Source: an uncultured delta proteobacterium
GTDB taxonomy: Bacteria; Myxococcota_A; Polyangia; Fen-1088
Assembly: GCA_963737265.1 (NCBI GenBank)
Contig: CAVTRY010000021.1
Span: 292,600-356,599 of the forward strand
Length of the DNA: 64,000 nucleotides
Direction of reading: 5' to 3'
In this document: positions 20,798 through 32,833 of the stretch, piece after piece
How the letters are laid out: each line of letters starts with the position of its first letter
Numbering within the stretch: the first letter of the stretch is position 1
Program-made: the position numbers and the translations under genes
Notes under the pieces: generated by a model
What the model was told of the DNA's origin: nothing
Seen by the model: only the letters and a program-made list of their open reading frames with translations
The model's database searches: none

Positions 20798-22480
20798 GAA
20801 TGCGTGGCTCCTTGGGCGATCTCGATCCGGTAGGAATAGCCCTGCTCGGTGAGGAACAGCTGGCGGTGGTGGGCGAATTCCTCCTCCCGGGTGTCGCGCG
20901 AGACGAGCGAGAAAAAGTGAGCCGTCCGGCCGTCGGCCTTGGGGCGCAGGATGCGGCCGAGGCGCTGAGCCTCCTCCTGGCGGGAGCCGAACAGGCCCGA
21001 AACCTGGATGAGCACGTCAGCGTCCGGGAGATCGATGGCGAAGTTGCCCACCTTGGACAGGACCATGTGGCGAACCTCACCTTTCCGGAAGCGATCAGTA
21101 AAGTTGCTCGCGCTCGACCTGCGGCGTCTTGCCGGTCACCAGCGGGGCGGATAGCTCCCGTGCAAGCTGCTCGAGCTGAGTGATGTACTCGCCGATGATC
21201 AGTACCCGGCCCTCGGGGCACCGGTCGAGAATCGAGCGGACGTGGCCGACCTTCGCCGGGTTCTCGGCGGCCACGCGGAACTGCGCGCGGCGCTCGGCCA
21301 GCGCGTACTCCATCCGGCGCTCTTCGGACATGGGAACGCGCACCTCGGTGCAGACCGCGGTGGCGATCCAGGCGCGCTGCTCGAGGTCGCGCCAGGGAAC
21401 GTCGTACCGCTTGGGGCCGATGAGCGCGAACACGTCCCCCTCGCGGCCGTCCTCGCGGACCAGCGTCGCGGTCAGGCCCAGGCGACGCCGCGCTTGCAGT
21501 TCAGCCGTCACGCGGAAGACCGGTGCCGGCAGCAAGTGGACCTCGTCGTAGATGATGAGGCCCCAGGATCGAGCCTGGAACAACGACAGATGCGGAAAAT
21601 CTCCGTCCCGACTTGGCCTCCACGTGAGTACCTGGTAGGTCGAGAGCGTCACTGGGCCGGTTGCTTTAGCTTCGCCGGTGTACTCGGCGATCGCATCGTT
21701 TGCCAGGCTCGTCTTGTCGACAAGCTCGCGCCGCCACTGCTTCACCGACGTGAGACTGGTGGTGAGCACCAGCGTCGTCTGACCCACCGCCGCCATGGCA
21801 ACCATGCCGACGATGGTCTTGCCCGCCCCGCAGGGCAGCACGATGACGCCGCTGCCTCCACGCTCCGACCCGGCAAGGTAGAAGGCGTTCGCTGCCTCGC
21901 GCTGGTAGTCGCGCACGTCGAATGCCATTCCCGAAAGGCACCGATCTCGAAGAGCGACCTGCAGCTCGTCGCCCGTCACGTAGCCAGCGAGATCCTCGGC
22001 CGGGAATCCCGCCGCGACCAGCGCTTGCTTGAGCACGCCGCGCATCGCTGGGGACACGCGGAAATGCGTCGCATCGCTTCGATCCGCAAGGATTGCGCCC
22101 GCGGCCTTGTCTCTCGCGAGCCGCTCGGCCGTCGTCCGGTCTTGGCAGGTGCAGACAAGCGCGTCGCCTTCCTTGGTGAGCACCACGCGTCCGTAGCGCG
22201 CGGCGAGCTCGCCCACTTCGGCGACGACGTTGTCGGGGACCGGGTACTTCGCGTGCTCCCGGAGTGCGGCAATCATCGCGGCCCCGGGTAACCCGGCCGA
22301 TCGCGCGTTCCAGATCGAGAGCGGCGTCAGCCGGTAGGTGTGCACGTGCTCCGGGCTCTTGACGAGCTCGGCGAATGGTGCGAGCGCCTCGCGCGCAGCC
22401 TCGGCCCCGGGTGAGTGAACCTCGAGGAGTACGGTATAGTCGCTCTGGACGATGAGCGCGTTTTCGGGAACGACCGCCAT
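20794..22480 (-). CDS. XPB/Rad25-like SF2 DNA helicase; +1 frameshift near 21097
   Basis: LIVQSDYTVLLEV, ELVKSPEHVHTYRLTPLSIWNA, LPCGAGKT, DEVH, LGLTATLVRED (RED motif), SRQEEAQRLGRILRPK. Confidence 0.92.
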
Positions 22481-22542
22481 GCACTACGCCTCGGCTGATT
22501 GTGGGCCAACCGTCTTTGCTTCGACTGGCCGGGATGTTGCGG

Positions 22543-23127
22543 TCAGCCTTCGATTTTGCAGTCGACGGCGGTCGCGACCTCGACCTCTTCGGGATTGGAC
22601 CACGCGCCGGTGGACAGCCAGCGCACGCGCGTTCCACCGAGCTTGCCGATGCCTTTGATCTGGCAGCGAGCAGTGAAGCGCTTGAGCTGATCGCGCGGCT
22701 TGCTGGTGGGCGGCTCGGAATTGTAGCGGTCTTGAATGGCCTTCTGAAGGAAGAGTCCAGGGATGAGGTAGAGGTGCCGGTCCACCGTATAGAACGGCTT
22801 AAGCTTGTTCTGCTCGTCGCCGTGCCATGGCATGTTTTCGTCGGAAAAACCGCAGCGGTAGGGTTCGATGCCGGTGGCGGCTGAGCAGTCGACGTCGGCG
22901 CGATCCGAGGTCACAAGCGTGATGTCCACGGTGCCGGCCGCTGCCGACGACGGGGTCTTTCGCGGTACGGCCAGCGCCACGCCCAGAACGACGACAGCGC
23001 CCACGCCAAGACCGATGAAGACCCGGCGGCGGGAGGCATTGGCTGGCGGCGTGGCCGGCGCTCCCTGCGCTTCCGCACCCGCTGCTTGTGGTTCGGCGTG
23101 TTCCTGCTTCTCGTTTTCGCTCTCCAC
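22543..23127 (-). CDS. Hypothetical single-pass membrane protein
   Basis: GTG start; TM RRRVFIGLGVGAVVVLGVALAV; four Cys in the extracytoplasmic part. Confidence 0.6.
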   Translation of the reverse strand: MESENEKQEHAEPQAAGAEAQGAPATPPANASRRRVFIGLGVGAVVVLGVALAVPRKTPSSAAAGTVDITLVTSDRADVDCSAATGIEPYRCGFSDENMPWHGDEQNKLKPFYTVDRHLYLIPGLFLQKAIQDRYNSEPPTSKPRDQLKRFTARCQIKGIGKLGGTRVRWLSTGAWSNPEEVEVATAVDCKIEG

Positions 23128-23332
23128 GTTGGGTAATCCTTTCGTCTCGGAATTGCAGCGTGCCGCTGGACTGACCGTCAGTCCGCGGCCCCACCAAGTC
23201 GTGGGGGATGCCTTCGGGTTTCCTCCGCATCCACCGGAAGGGTACTCAGGAAAGACGCGTTTGGGAATGGTGTAATGTGGGCGGAAGACGCCGTTACGCT
23301 TCGCCGCCGCGGGGCATGATGGGCGCCGCGCG

Positions 23333-23775
23333 ATGGAAAACACGCCGCCAAAAAGAGCCCCGGCCGCACCGAAATTCGATTGGTGCGGCTTCACGATCGG
23401 CGCACTTTGTGTCGGCCTCGCCTGCCTGGGTGTGGTCTGGCGCCTGGTCGTCCTCGACTACCCGCGGACCTTCATGCGTTTTCGGCAAAGACGCGCAGCC
23501 AGGCCTTGGCCATCGCCACCATGGCGGCGCTCATGCTGCCGTTCATCCTCACCCACCGGCAGTCCTATATCTTCCACTACCTCGGCGCCTACGGCCTCGG
23601 CCTTGGGCTGCTGGCGTTTAGGTTGGTTCGGCTAGAGAAGCGCTCGCCGCGCGTGGTGTTGACGTTCCTCGTCTGCGCCACCTGCGTCTCGCTGCTCTAC
23701 CTTCCGCTGTGGACCGGTGCCCCGATCAGCACGCAAGGGTTTCTGTGGCGACTGCCGTTCCCGGGCTGGCGCTAG
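23333..23775 (+). pseudogene. Internally deleted protein O-mannosyltransferase (PMT/GT-C)-like remnant
   Basis: N-terminal WRLVVLDYPRTFM stops just before the expected FDE motif; out-of-frame C-terminus HRQSYIFHYL...PLWTGAPIS...RLPFPGW resembles PMT C-termini. Confidence 0.55.
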
Positions 23776-23783
23776 CCGCGTCG

Positions 23784-24809
23784 CTAGTAAACTTCCACTT
23801 CCGCCAAATGGAAATAGTTGGGCGGCGTGTTCTGCAAGCGAATGTAGCGGCCCTCGGCGTGAAGGCCCCGCACGGTCCATTTGTCGAAGATCTCCTTTCG
23901 TTCCTTGAGCAACGTGAAAATCTTGTTGTCCTTGCTGACCTCCAACTTGATGGGCACCGCCCGCTCCTGAAAGCCATCAGCCCGGTTGCACACCACCACC
24001 TTGTTGAATTTGCGGACCGACCCGAGATCGATCACGACCCATTGCTGGCCACCCGACTCGGTGTGGAAGCCCAGGCTTTCGCGGTCGCCATCGACCAGCA
24101 GGCTGTGATCCAGGCCTTGCCCGGGATACTGGCTGCTGACGGTGACGGGACGATGAAGCGCGAGATTGGGCTTTCCGAATTTCTTGTCCATCCAGGTCCC
24201 GACCACGCCGAGCAGCACCGCCAGCACCGCGATCGCCACCGCCACGCGCGACCAGCGCGCGAAAAGCACGCGCCCCAGCCGATTCGACTCAAGCTCGAGC
24301 GGCTCGGACAATCCAATGGCCAAGCCATGCACGGCGTCGGCGAACGAATCGCGCTCTTCGCCAGTCAGTCTCGCAAGGGTGGCGTCCCGGTCACGCCCGA
24401 GCATCGCCGTCAGCATGGTGCCCTGCTCGACGGTGAGCTTGGCGAACGATTCGGCCACCCCCGGCACCTGCAGGGCGTTGGCCCAATCGGCGTCGCCGAG
24501 CGGCCCGGTGCCGGACAGCAGACCTTCCCGTTCCAAGTAAGCACGAACCAGCAAACCGACCTGATCGCAGTCGAGCAAGAGGACCGCTAAGCTGCTCTTG
24601 CCGGTTTCGCCAATCTTGACGACATCGTCGCAAAGCTGGCGCGCGATCTCGAACCACGCGAAGCCAGGCTTGGATGGACCAAATTTCTTCTCGCGCGCCT
24701 CGGCCACGCGCGGCCCCATCCACAGGAGTCTGCTCAACCAATTGGGCCGCGCCTTGGCCGGCGTTCCAGTTGTCGGTACACTGACGTTCTCAGCGCTGTC
24801 GTCACTCAT
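23784..24809 (-). CDS. Membrane protein with C-terminal discoidin (F5/8 type C) domain
   Basis: NLALHRPVTVSS, LVDGD, WVVIDLG, GRYIRL, LAEVEVY. Confidence 0.82.
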   Translation of the reverse strand: MSDDSAENVSVPTTGTPAKARPNWLSRLLWMGPRVAEAREKKFGPSKPGFAWFEIARQLCDDVVKIGETGKSSLAVLLLDCDQVGLLVRAYLEREGLLSGTGPLGDADWANALQVPGVAESFAKLTVEQGTMLTAMLGRDRDATLARLTGEERDSFADAVHGLAIGLSEPLELESNRLGRVLFARWSRVAVAIAVLAVLLGVVGTWMDKKFGKPNLALHRPVTVSSQYPGQGLDHSLLVDGDRESLGFHTESGGQQWVVIDLGSVRKFNKVVVCNRADGFQERAVPIKLEVSKDNKIFTLLKERKEIFDKWTVRGLHAEGRYIRLQNTPPNYFHLAEVEVY

Positions 24810-24892
24810 GGCACTGGCGTTTATACATCAGAGCGCGACGCGTGGGTATGGCCCCCCCTGATCCTGACCCCGCTACAACCGCAGAGGGTCGC

Positions 24893-24934
24893 ACCGTGGC
24901 CGTGGTCGTGGCCGTGACCGTGGCCGTGACCGTG
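24893..24934. repeat. Hexamer microsatellite (R(C/T)CGTG)x7 downstream of purE
   Basis: accgtg gccgtg gtcgtg gccgtg accgtg gccgtg accgtg. Confidence 0.8.
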
Positions 24935-24986
24935 GCCGGAGTGATCTATCGAGGGGATCGCCGGCGGTGCCGGTCTTACGGCTGGG

Positions 24987-25487
24987 CTAGAATCTCGCGC
25001 TCACTTCCGCGTCGGCTTCGAGAACCTTGCGTTGCCTGGCTTCGCGCTCGGCCACCACGCGGTTGGCCAGCTCGGGATCGGTGAGCGCCACGATTTGCGC
25101 GGCCAAGAGCCCCGCGTTCTCGGCGCCGCCGATGGCCACTGTCGCCACCGGAATCCCGGGCGGCATCATCGCCGTCGACAACAGCGCGTCCATCCCCTGC
25201 AAGCTGCCCGCGGCGATGGGCACGCCTATCACCGGTCGCGTGGTATGCGCCGCGACGGCACCGGCAAGGTGGGCCGCGCCGCCGGCGCCGCAGATGAATG
25301 CCTTGGTTCCCGTGGCCGCGGCCGCGCGCACGAAGGCCGCGGTTTGCTCGGGCGTTCGGTGCGCGGAAAGCACGCGCACGGTCACGCGTACGCCGAGTTT
25401 TTTCAGCACTTCGGCCGCCGGCTTCATGATGTCGAGGTCCGATTTCGACCCCATCAAGATCGCAACGTCGTAGGTTGTGTCGCTCAT
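24987..25487 (-). CDS. purE: N5-carboxyaminoimidazole ribonucleotide mutase
   Basis: [34 protein letters not shown]. Confidence 0.95.
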   Translation of the reverse strand: MSDTTYDVAILMGSKSDLDIMKPAAEVLKKLGVRVTVRVLSAHRTPEQTAAFVRAAAATGTKAFICGAGGAAHLAGAVAAHTTRPVIGVPIAAGSLQGMDALLSTAMMPPGIPVATVAIGGAENAGLLAAQIVALTDPELANRVVAEREARQRKVLEADAEVSARF

Positions 25488-26806
25488 GGTCTGCCTCGCA
25501 ATCCAATGTCTTTGCGGAAATGTACACCTGGCCAACGAATTCGATCGACGCTAGCGTAGGCGCGCGCGCGGGCTTCGTCGAGATCGACGCCGGTCGCGGT
25601 GACGCCGAGAACGCGCCCGCCACTGGTGAGAAAACGATTGTCCTCGCGCCGGGTGCCGGCGTGAAAGACCAACACCGCTCCGTCCGCGCCGGCAAGCTGC
25701 CCGTCGTCGCCAAGGCCGAGAATCGCTTCGCCCGAACGCACCTTGCCGGGATAGCCCTCGGCGGCCAGCACCACGCATACCGCGAGACCGGGCAACCAAT
25801 TGAGCGAACAAAGGGGCAGCTCGCCCGACGCAGCGTCGAGCAGCCAGGGCAAGAGATCCTCATCCAAGCGTGGCAGCACCGCCTGGGTTTCGGGATCGCC
25901 GAAGCGGCAGTTCCACTCGATGACCATGGGCCCGCGATCCGGCGTCAGCATGAGGCCGCCGTAGAGCAAACCGCGAAACGCCCGGCCGAGATCCGCCATG
26001 GCGGCCACCACGGGCGCAAAGATGGTGCGCGCGATGGTCTCGGTCAACGCCTGATCCACCAGCGGCGACGGCGAATAGGCGCCCATGCCGCCGGTGTTGG
26101 GTCCGCGATCGCCGTCGAGAACCGCCTTGTGATCCTCGGCCGAAGCCAGCATCACGAAGCGCGTGCCATCGCACAACGCCATCATCGAGACTTCGCGCCC
26201 GACCAGCTTCTCTTCGATGACCACGCGCGCGCCAGCGTCGCCGAATGCGCGCTCGACCAGCATGGAGCGCACGGCTTGTTTGGCTTGCGCGTGCGACGAG
26301 GTCACGACCACGCCCTTGCCGGCGCACAGGCCGTTGGCCTTGACCACGACATCGCCGGGCTGGGCATCGATGAAGGCTTCCGCTGCCGCCAGCTCGGTGG
26401 CGGAAAAACTTCCGTAGGCGGCGGTGGGGACGCCGACTTGTTTCATCAGGTCCTTGGCGAATTCCTTGGACCCTTCGATCTTGGCGGCCGCGCGCGACGG
26501 CCCAAAGAAACGAATGCGGGCCACTGCGCAGGCATCACCAAGCCCTGCCGTCAGCGAGACTTCGGGGCCGCACACCACGAGATCGATGGCCTCGGACTTG
26601 GCCAGCGCCACCAAATCGGCAATCGCCCCGACGCCGACATTGGCCAGCGCCACCTTGCCGGCCATGCCTTGGGCGCGGCCGAGCGCTTCGATGCCTGGAT
26701 TGCCCGGCGCCGCGACGAGGTAGTCGCACAGCGGGCTTTGCAGCAGTTTCCAGGCCAGGGCATGTTCGCGCCCGCCCGAGCCGACGAGCAGAATCCGATG
26801 TCCCAT
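25484..26806 (-). CDS. purD: Phosphoribosylamine-glycine ligase
   Basis: [42 protein letters not shown]. Confidence 0.95.
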   Translation of the reverse strand: MGHRILLVGSGGREHALAWKLLQSPLCDYLVAAPGNPGIEALGRAQGMAGKVALANVGVGAIADLVALAKSEAIDLVVCGPEVSLTAGLGDACAVARIRFFGPSRAAAKIEGSKEFAKDLMKQVGVPTAAYGSFSATELAAAEAFIDAQPGDVVVKANGLCAGKGVVVTSSHAQAKQAVRSMLVERAFGDAGARVVIEEKLVGREVSMMALCDGTRFVMLASAEDHKAVLDGDRGPNTGGMGAYSPSPLVDQALTETIARTIFAPVVAAMADLGRAFRGLLYGGLMLTPDRGPMVIEWNCRFGDPETQAVLPRLDEDLLPWLLDAASGELPLCSLNWLPGLAVCVVLAAEGYPGKVRSGEAILGLGDDGQLAGADGAVLVFHAGTRREDNRFLTSGGRVLGVTATGVDLDEARARAYASVDRIRWPGVHFRKDIGLRGRP

Positions 26807-26809
26807 CGG

Positions 26810-28363
26810 CTAATGCCTGAAGTGGCGCTCGCCCGTGAAGACAAGGGCGATGTTGTGCTGGTTGGCGGCCGCGATGACTTCCTCGTCGCGCACCGATCCG
26901 CCCGGCTCGATGACTGCCGTAACGCCGGCCTTGGCCGCCTCGTCGAGGCCGTCGCGGAAGGGGAAGAAGGCATCCGACGCCAGCACCGAGCCTTGCAGCG
27001 GCAGTTGCGCCTTGGACACCGCCAATTTCACCGAATCCACGCGCGACATTTGCCCGGCGCCAACGCCGAGGGTGCGCCCGCCGCTCACGAAAACGATGGC
27101 ATTCGACTTCACATGCTTGCAAACGCGCCAGGCGAAATCGAGGTCGGCGAGCTCGGCGGGGCTCGGTTTGCGTAGGGAGACGACCTTGCCGGCGCTGGCG
27201 GCGCACGTGGAATTGTCCGACGTCTGCACCAGCACGCCGCCCGAGACCGCGCGCAGGTCGAGCTGCCCGGCCGCCAGACCCGCGATGGCCGCGCGCAGAA
27301 GGCGCAGATTCTTCTTGGTCGAGAAAACCTTAAGCGCCTCGGGCGAGAACTCCGGCGCCACGATGCATTCGAGAAAAACCTCGGCCATCGCCTTGGCGAG
27401 ATCTTCTTCGACCTTGCGGTTGAACGCCACGATGCCGCCGAACGCGGACACCGGATCGGTCTCGCGCGCCAGCCAGTAGGCCTCGGCCACGCCCTTCTCC
27501 GCAACCGCGACGCCGCAGGGATTGGTGTGCTTGATGATGCACGCCGCGGGCAACGAGAATTCCGCGCACAACTTCATGGCCGCGTCGAGGTCGAGCAGGT
27601 TGTTGTAGGAAAGCTCCTTGCCCTGGATGACGTCGGCGCGAGCGAGCGACATTCCCGAGGGCGCGTCCCAGGCGTAGAACGCCGCCTTCTGGTGCGGATT
27701 TTCGCCGTAGCGAAGCAATCTGTCCAAATGCAGCGACGGATGCATGGTGGCGGGAAAGTCGGCGATGGCGGCGCCAGCCTCGGACAATTTGCCAAGGTGG
27801 CTGGCGATGGCGCCGTCGTACGCCGCGGTATGCGCGAAGGCCGTGCGGCAAAGATCGAAACGCAGCGCCTGCGAAATTTCCCCGCGCGTTTCGAGCTCGC
27901 CAAGGACGCGCTCGTAGTCGGCCGGATCGACGACGACTGCCACGCGCTCGTGGTTCTTGGCGGCGGAGCGCACCATGGCCGGCCCGCCGATGTCGATGTT
28001 CTCGATCACCTCGTCGAACGAGGCACCGCGCGCGACGGTCTCGCGGAAGGGATAGAGGTTGACCACCACGAGGTCGATGGCGTCGATGCCGTGCTCAAGC
28101 ATCTGCTTGCGATGCGCGTCGGTAGCGCGGCCGAGAATGCCCCCGTGCACGCGCGGGTGCAGGGTTTTTACCCGCCCGTCCAGCATTTCGGGAAATCCGG
28201 TAAAATCGCTGACGTCCTTGACGGGAACCCCAGCCTCGCGAAGCGCGCGCGCGGTGCCGCCGGTGGAAAGGATCTCGACCCCGAGCTTGGTCAGGCGTTT
28301 CCCCAGATCCAAAATGCCCTTCTTGTCGGATACCGAAATCAAAGCGCGAACGACCTTATTCAT
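26810..28363 (-). CDS. purH: Bifunctional AICAR transformylase / IMP cyclohydrolase
   Basis: [47 protein letters not shown]. Confidence 0.96.
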   Translation of the reverse strand: MNKVVRALISVSDKKGILDLGKRLTKLGVEILSTGGTARALREAGVPVKDVSDFTGFPEMLDGRVKTLHPRVHGGILGRATDAHRKQMLEHGIDAIDLVVVNLYPFRETVARGASFDEVIENIDIGGPAMVRSAAKNHERVAVVVDPADYERVLGELETRGEISQALRFDLCRTAFAHTAAYDGAIASHLGKLSEAGAAIADFPATMHPSLHLDRLLRYGENPHQKAAFYAWDAPSGMSLARADVIQGKELSYNNLLDLDAAMKLCAEFSLPAACIIKHTNPCGVAVAEKGVAEAYWLARETDPVSAFGGIVAFNRKVEEDLAKAMAEVFLECIVAPEFSPEALKVFSTKKNLRLLRAAIAGLAAGQLDLRAVSGGVLVQTSDNSTCAASAGKVVSLRKPSPAELADLDFAWRVCKHVKSNAIVFVSGGRTLGVGAGQMSRVDSVKLAVSKAQLPLQGSVLASDAFFPFRDGLDEAAKAGVTAVIEPGGSVRDEEVIAAANQHNIALVFTGERHFRH

Positions 28364-28488
28364 AGCCGGGTTTCTACCACACGCGCCCCCTGTTTCAGCC
28401 ACCTCCGGCAGGAACCAGGCGTCACGCTGCGCAAGCCGACAATCGTCCTTGTCATCGCACCATTTTTGACCCAAAACTCAAAGCAACC

Positions 28489-29799
<1,311 letters not shown>

Positions 29800-29857
29800 C
29801 GCCACGACCGCGCCAGCCCGCATTGTCGACCTCAAGATACGAGCCTTTGGCGAGGTC

Positions 29858-30457
29858 TTGCGCATGCAGCAGGACCTGCTGGCCGCGCGCCAGGCCGGAA
29901 CGATTCCCGACACCCTGATTCTGGTCGAGCACCCCGACGTCATCACGCTCGGGCGGTCGGCTGCGGCCGCGAATGTGCTCGATGCCGGCGAAATTCCCGT
30001 CTTCGCCATCGAGCGCGGCGGCGACGTGACCTACCACGGGCCGGGCCAGATCGTGGCCTACCCCATCTTTCTCTTGCGCGACGAGGAGCGCGATCTGCAC
30101 CACTTTCTGCGTGGGCTTGAAGAGGCGGTCATTCGTACCCTGGCGGATTTCCGCATCGAGGGCACGCGACGACCCGGACGAACTGGGGTGTGGACCGCGG
30201 AAGAAACCGCCCCGCGCAAGTTGGCATCGATCGGCATCGCGGTTCGCAAATGGGTCACCATGCACGGACTGGCACTCAACGTGAACACCGATCTGTCGCG
30301 CTTCGCCGCCATCAACCCCTGTGGTTTCGACGCCAGCGTGATGACGTCCATGGCGCGCGAGCTCGCTCGTCCGATGGACCAGGAAGCGGTCCGCGAGTGC
30401 CTGACAAAACACCTCGGCTTGGCCTTCAATCGACAATGGGCTCAGGCGGTCGACTGA
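29858..30457 (+). CDS. lipB: Lipoyl(octanoyl) transferase; true start uncertain (frame open from ~29795)
   Basis: VEHPDVITLG, RGGDVTYHGPGQ, KLASIG, HGLALNV, INPCG. Confidence 0.9.
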   Translation: MRMQQDLLAARQAGTIPDTLILVEHPDVITLGRSAAAANVLDAGEIPVFAIERGGDVTYHGPGQIVAYPIFLLRDEERDLHHFLRGLEEAVIRTLADFRIEGTRRPGRTGVWTAEETAPRKLASIGIAVRKWVTMHGLALNVNTDLSRFAAINPCGFDASVMTSMARELARPMDQEAVRECLTKHLGLAFNRQWAQAVD

Positions 30458-30485
30458 ATCCGACGAATAGGGCAGTATCGCCATC

Positions 30486-31703
30486 GTGTTCAGAATCGTC
30501 GGCCGGCTCGCGCCTCTTTTCGCGGCGCTCGTGCTCGTTTCCTTTTCGGCTCGCCTGCGCGCGCAGGTCGTGACCGAACTGCCGGATGCCGCGCCGGCCG
30601 GTGACATGGCAGCCGCGCCACCATGGCCGGCCCCCGCGCCCGCCGCGGCGCTGGCCCGAGCCGCCAGCCAGGAAATAACCGCGCAAGTCGGCACGCGCGT
30701 CGCCGTGCGCGTGCAAAACCCCAACGCGCGCGACCAGCTCAACGACGTGGGCTCGAACGCCGAGGCGGACATCGTGCTTTCTGGGCAGGTTCATCCCTTT
30801 CTGAGATGGCAGGCCGGTTTCATTGGCAGCTACGGCGACCCCACCGCGCCGGCCTCGCACAGCGCGGCGATTCTCGATCTGGTGGCCAAGGTGGAATTGG
30901 CGGATGCCTTCAATCTATGGCTCGGCCGCATGCCCATACCATCCGACCGCGCCAGCCTCAGCACGGTGTGGGCCATCGCGCCTTGGACCTTGCCTGGCCG
31001 GTACGACGACTATGCTCCGATTCCGCCCGCGGTCGCGCGGCCACCCGCCGGTCCGCGCCAGGGCGACAACGACCGGGGCGACGGCGTCACCCTGTGGGGA
31101 CAAATCGGCGGCGGCAGATTCAAGTATTACCTTGGGGCATTCGGCCTCGACACGCCAACCACCAGTCCGCTCTATTCCGCCCGCATCAATCTCAGCCTGC
31201 TCAATCCCGAGCCCGGCCTTCGCTCGGCCAGCACCTACTACGGCGCCAAGGATGTCCTCGCCTTCGGCGCAGGCGCTCAGCACCAAACCGGCGGTTCCTT
31301 ACCCTCCGTCGTGACCGCCGCGGCCGGCGATTTCAACGAGCTGAACGCGGATCTGCTGTTCGAGAAAAACGGCGGAACGGCCGGCGTCCTGGATCTGGAA
31401 GGCGAGATCGCCAAGCTGTGGGGTGACAACGAAACCGCGAGCTACCAGGTCTTCGCCCTGGCCAGCTACCTCGTGCCCATCGACATCGGCTTCGGCCGAT
31501 TTCAGCCCCTCCTGCGCGTCCAACACGCCGGCAAAGGTGCCGCCGCGGACACCGACGATAGCACCCGCATCGACGCCCAATTGGGCTACCTAATCGACGG
31601 CCAGCACGCCCGCTTGGTCAGCGTCTACCAATACACGAAGGTCCACAGCCAGACCGAAAACGCCGTCATCTTCGGTCTGCAATTGCTGTCACATACGAAG
31701 TAG
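30486..31703 (+). CDS. Putative outer-membrane porin-like beta-barrel protein
   Basis: Signal peptide; alternating beta-strand pattern; RDDG-like RGDGVTLWG; YSARINLSLLNPEPG. Confidence 0.6.
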   Translation: MFRIVGRLAPLFAALVLVSFSARLRAQVVTELPDAAPAGDMAAAPPWPAPAPAAALARAASQEITAQVGTRVAVRVQNPNARDQLNDVGSNAEADIVLSGQVHPFLRWQAGFIGSYGDPTAPASHSAAILDLVAKVELADAFNLWLGRMPIPSDRASLSTVWAIAPWTLPGRYDDYAPIPPAVARPPAGPRQGDNDRGDGVTLWGQIGGGRFKYYLGAFGLDTPTTSPLYSARINLSLLNPEPGLRSASTYYGAKDVLAFGAGAQHQTGGSLPSVVTAAAGDFNELNADLLFEKNGGTAGVLDLEGEIAKLWGDNETASYQVFALASYLVPIDIGFGRFQPLLRVQHAGKGAAADTDDSTRIDAQLGYLIDGQHARLVSVYQYTKVHSQTENAVIFGLQLLSHTK

Positions 31704-31744
31704 GAACTACCGGCCGTGCCCTGAGGTCCGGGTCACGGGCACTA

Positions 31745-32719
31745 TCAGTTGGCCACGCGTTGGCACCCAGCGCTGGTGGTCAGCGCCGAAACGCAAGTCT
31801 CGGTAGCAACCTGGTTGCCGGAGACGCCGTTCCGGCACGTTAGCCAGCAATTGTTGTGAGAATCTGAAGTCGGACATGAGGCCGCCAACAGACAATCGAT
31901 CATGCCTTTGCACTGAGTCTCAAGAAGGTCCTGGTTGCTCGGGTCGAGGCAGGAGCTGCAGGCGGGAGTCGGAGCGGCTGTGACTGCGTAGCCATTGCTA
32001 ATGATTTGGTTGAGACATGCGAGCGGTCCGGCATCGACGCTCACCACGTCCACCGCTTCGGCCGTGTCCGCCACGGCTGCCGGACTGTCGAAGGACTCAG
32101 ACGCGTCCTCCGCTGCGTCGAGAAGAACGATCTCGCCGACATCGACGCCGCCCGCATCAACCATCTCCGCATCGGTCACGCCTAGATCCACGAGCGTGGG
32201 GCCGCCGTCGCTGCCGGGAACGCCGTCATCGGAGACAGCGGGAACGTCGCCTTCCTGCAAAGGCGCGTCCTCGGCATCGCTTGCCCCGCCGTCGGAACTG
32301 CCACCGCTTGAGCCGCCGTCGACATTGGTCGAACCGCCGCTGCCGCCGCCGTCGACATTGGTCGAACCGCCGCTGCCACCGCCGTCGACATTGGTCGAAC
32401 CGCCGCTGCCGCCACCGGAGCCGCCCACAGCGGTTAGACCGCCCGAGCCGGTCGTGCCACCCGATGCGCTCGAACCGCCGGTCGCGTGGGAGCCGCCCGA
32501 CACCGCCGATCCACCGGCAGAGATCGCACCACCCGTCCCGCTCGAACCCCCGGTTCCGCTGTTGCCGCCGGTTCCGCTGCGCGTGTCTTTGCCGGCATCG
32601 AGATTGGGCAGCGAGCCTCCGCTGCTCGAACACCCGAAGGTGAAAAAAGCCATCGAAAGAATCAAACCAAGACCAAGACTAGACCTATACAGGGATCGTC
32701 GTTTCACGTCTGACTCCAT
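31745..32719 (-). CDS. Hypothetical lipoprotein with Gly-rich linker and Cys-rich C-terminus
   Basis: Lipobox TFGC; Gly/Ser repeats; C-terminal Cys cluster. Confidence 0.65.
   Translation of the reverse strand: MESDVKRRSLYRSSLGLGLILSMAFFTFGCSSSGGSLPNLDAGKDTRSGTGGNSGTGGSSGTGGAISAGGSAVSGGSHATGGSSASGGTTGSGGLTAVGGSGGGSGGSTNVDGGGSGGSTNVDGGGSGGSTNVDGGSSGGSSDGGASDAEDAPLQEGDVPAVSDDGVPGSDGGPTLVDLGVTDAEMVDAGGVDVGEIVLLDAAEDASESFDSPAAVADTAEAVDVVSVDAGPLACLNQIISNGYAVTAAPTPACSSCLDPSNQDLLETQCKGMIDCLLAASCPTSDSHNNCWLTCRNGVSGNQVATETCVSALTTSAGCQRVAN
32312..32410. repeat. 33-bp tandem repeat x3 (GSGGSTNVDGG)
   Basis: gccgccgtcgacattggtcgaaccgccgctgcc repeated three times, nearly perfectly. Confidence 0.9.
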
Positions 32720-32833
32720 GGTTGTACTGTTGTCTATGACACCCGTTCCACGACTGATGAGAACACGCGGCATGTTTCGTTGCCGTAAAATCTCGCGCCC
32801 AGATCGGGGCTGCAATTCTCGCAGGCCGCGCCG

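Noticed and set aside
32312-32410. 33-bp x3 repeat as a mini CRISPR or VNTR system
   Set aside because: Contiguous in-frame repeats without spacers, encoding a Gly/Ser linker
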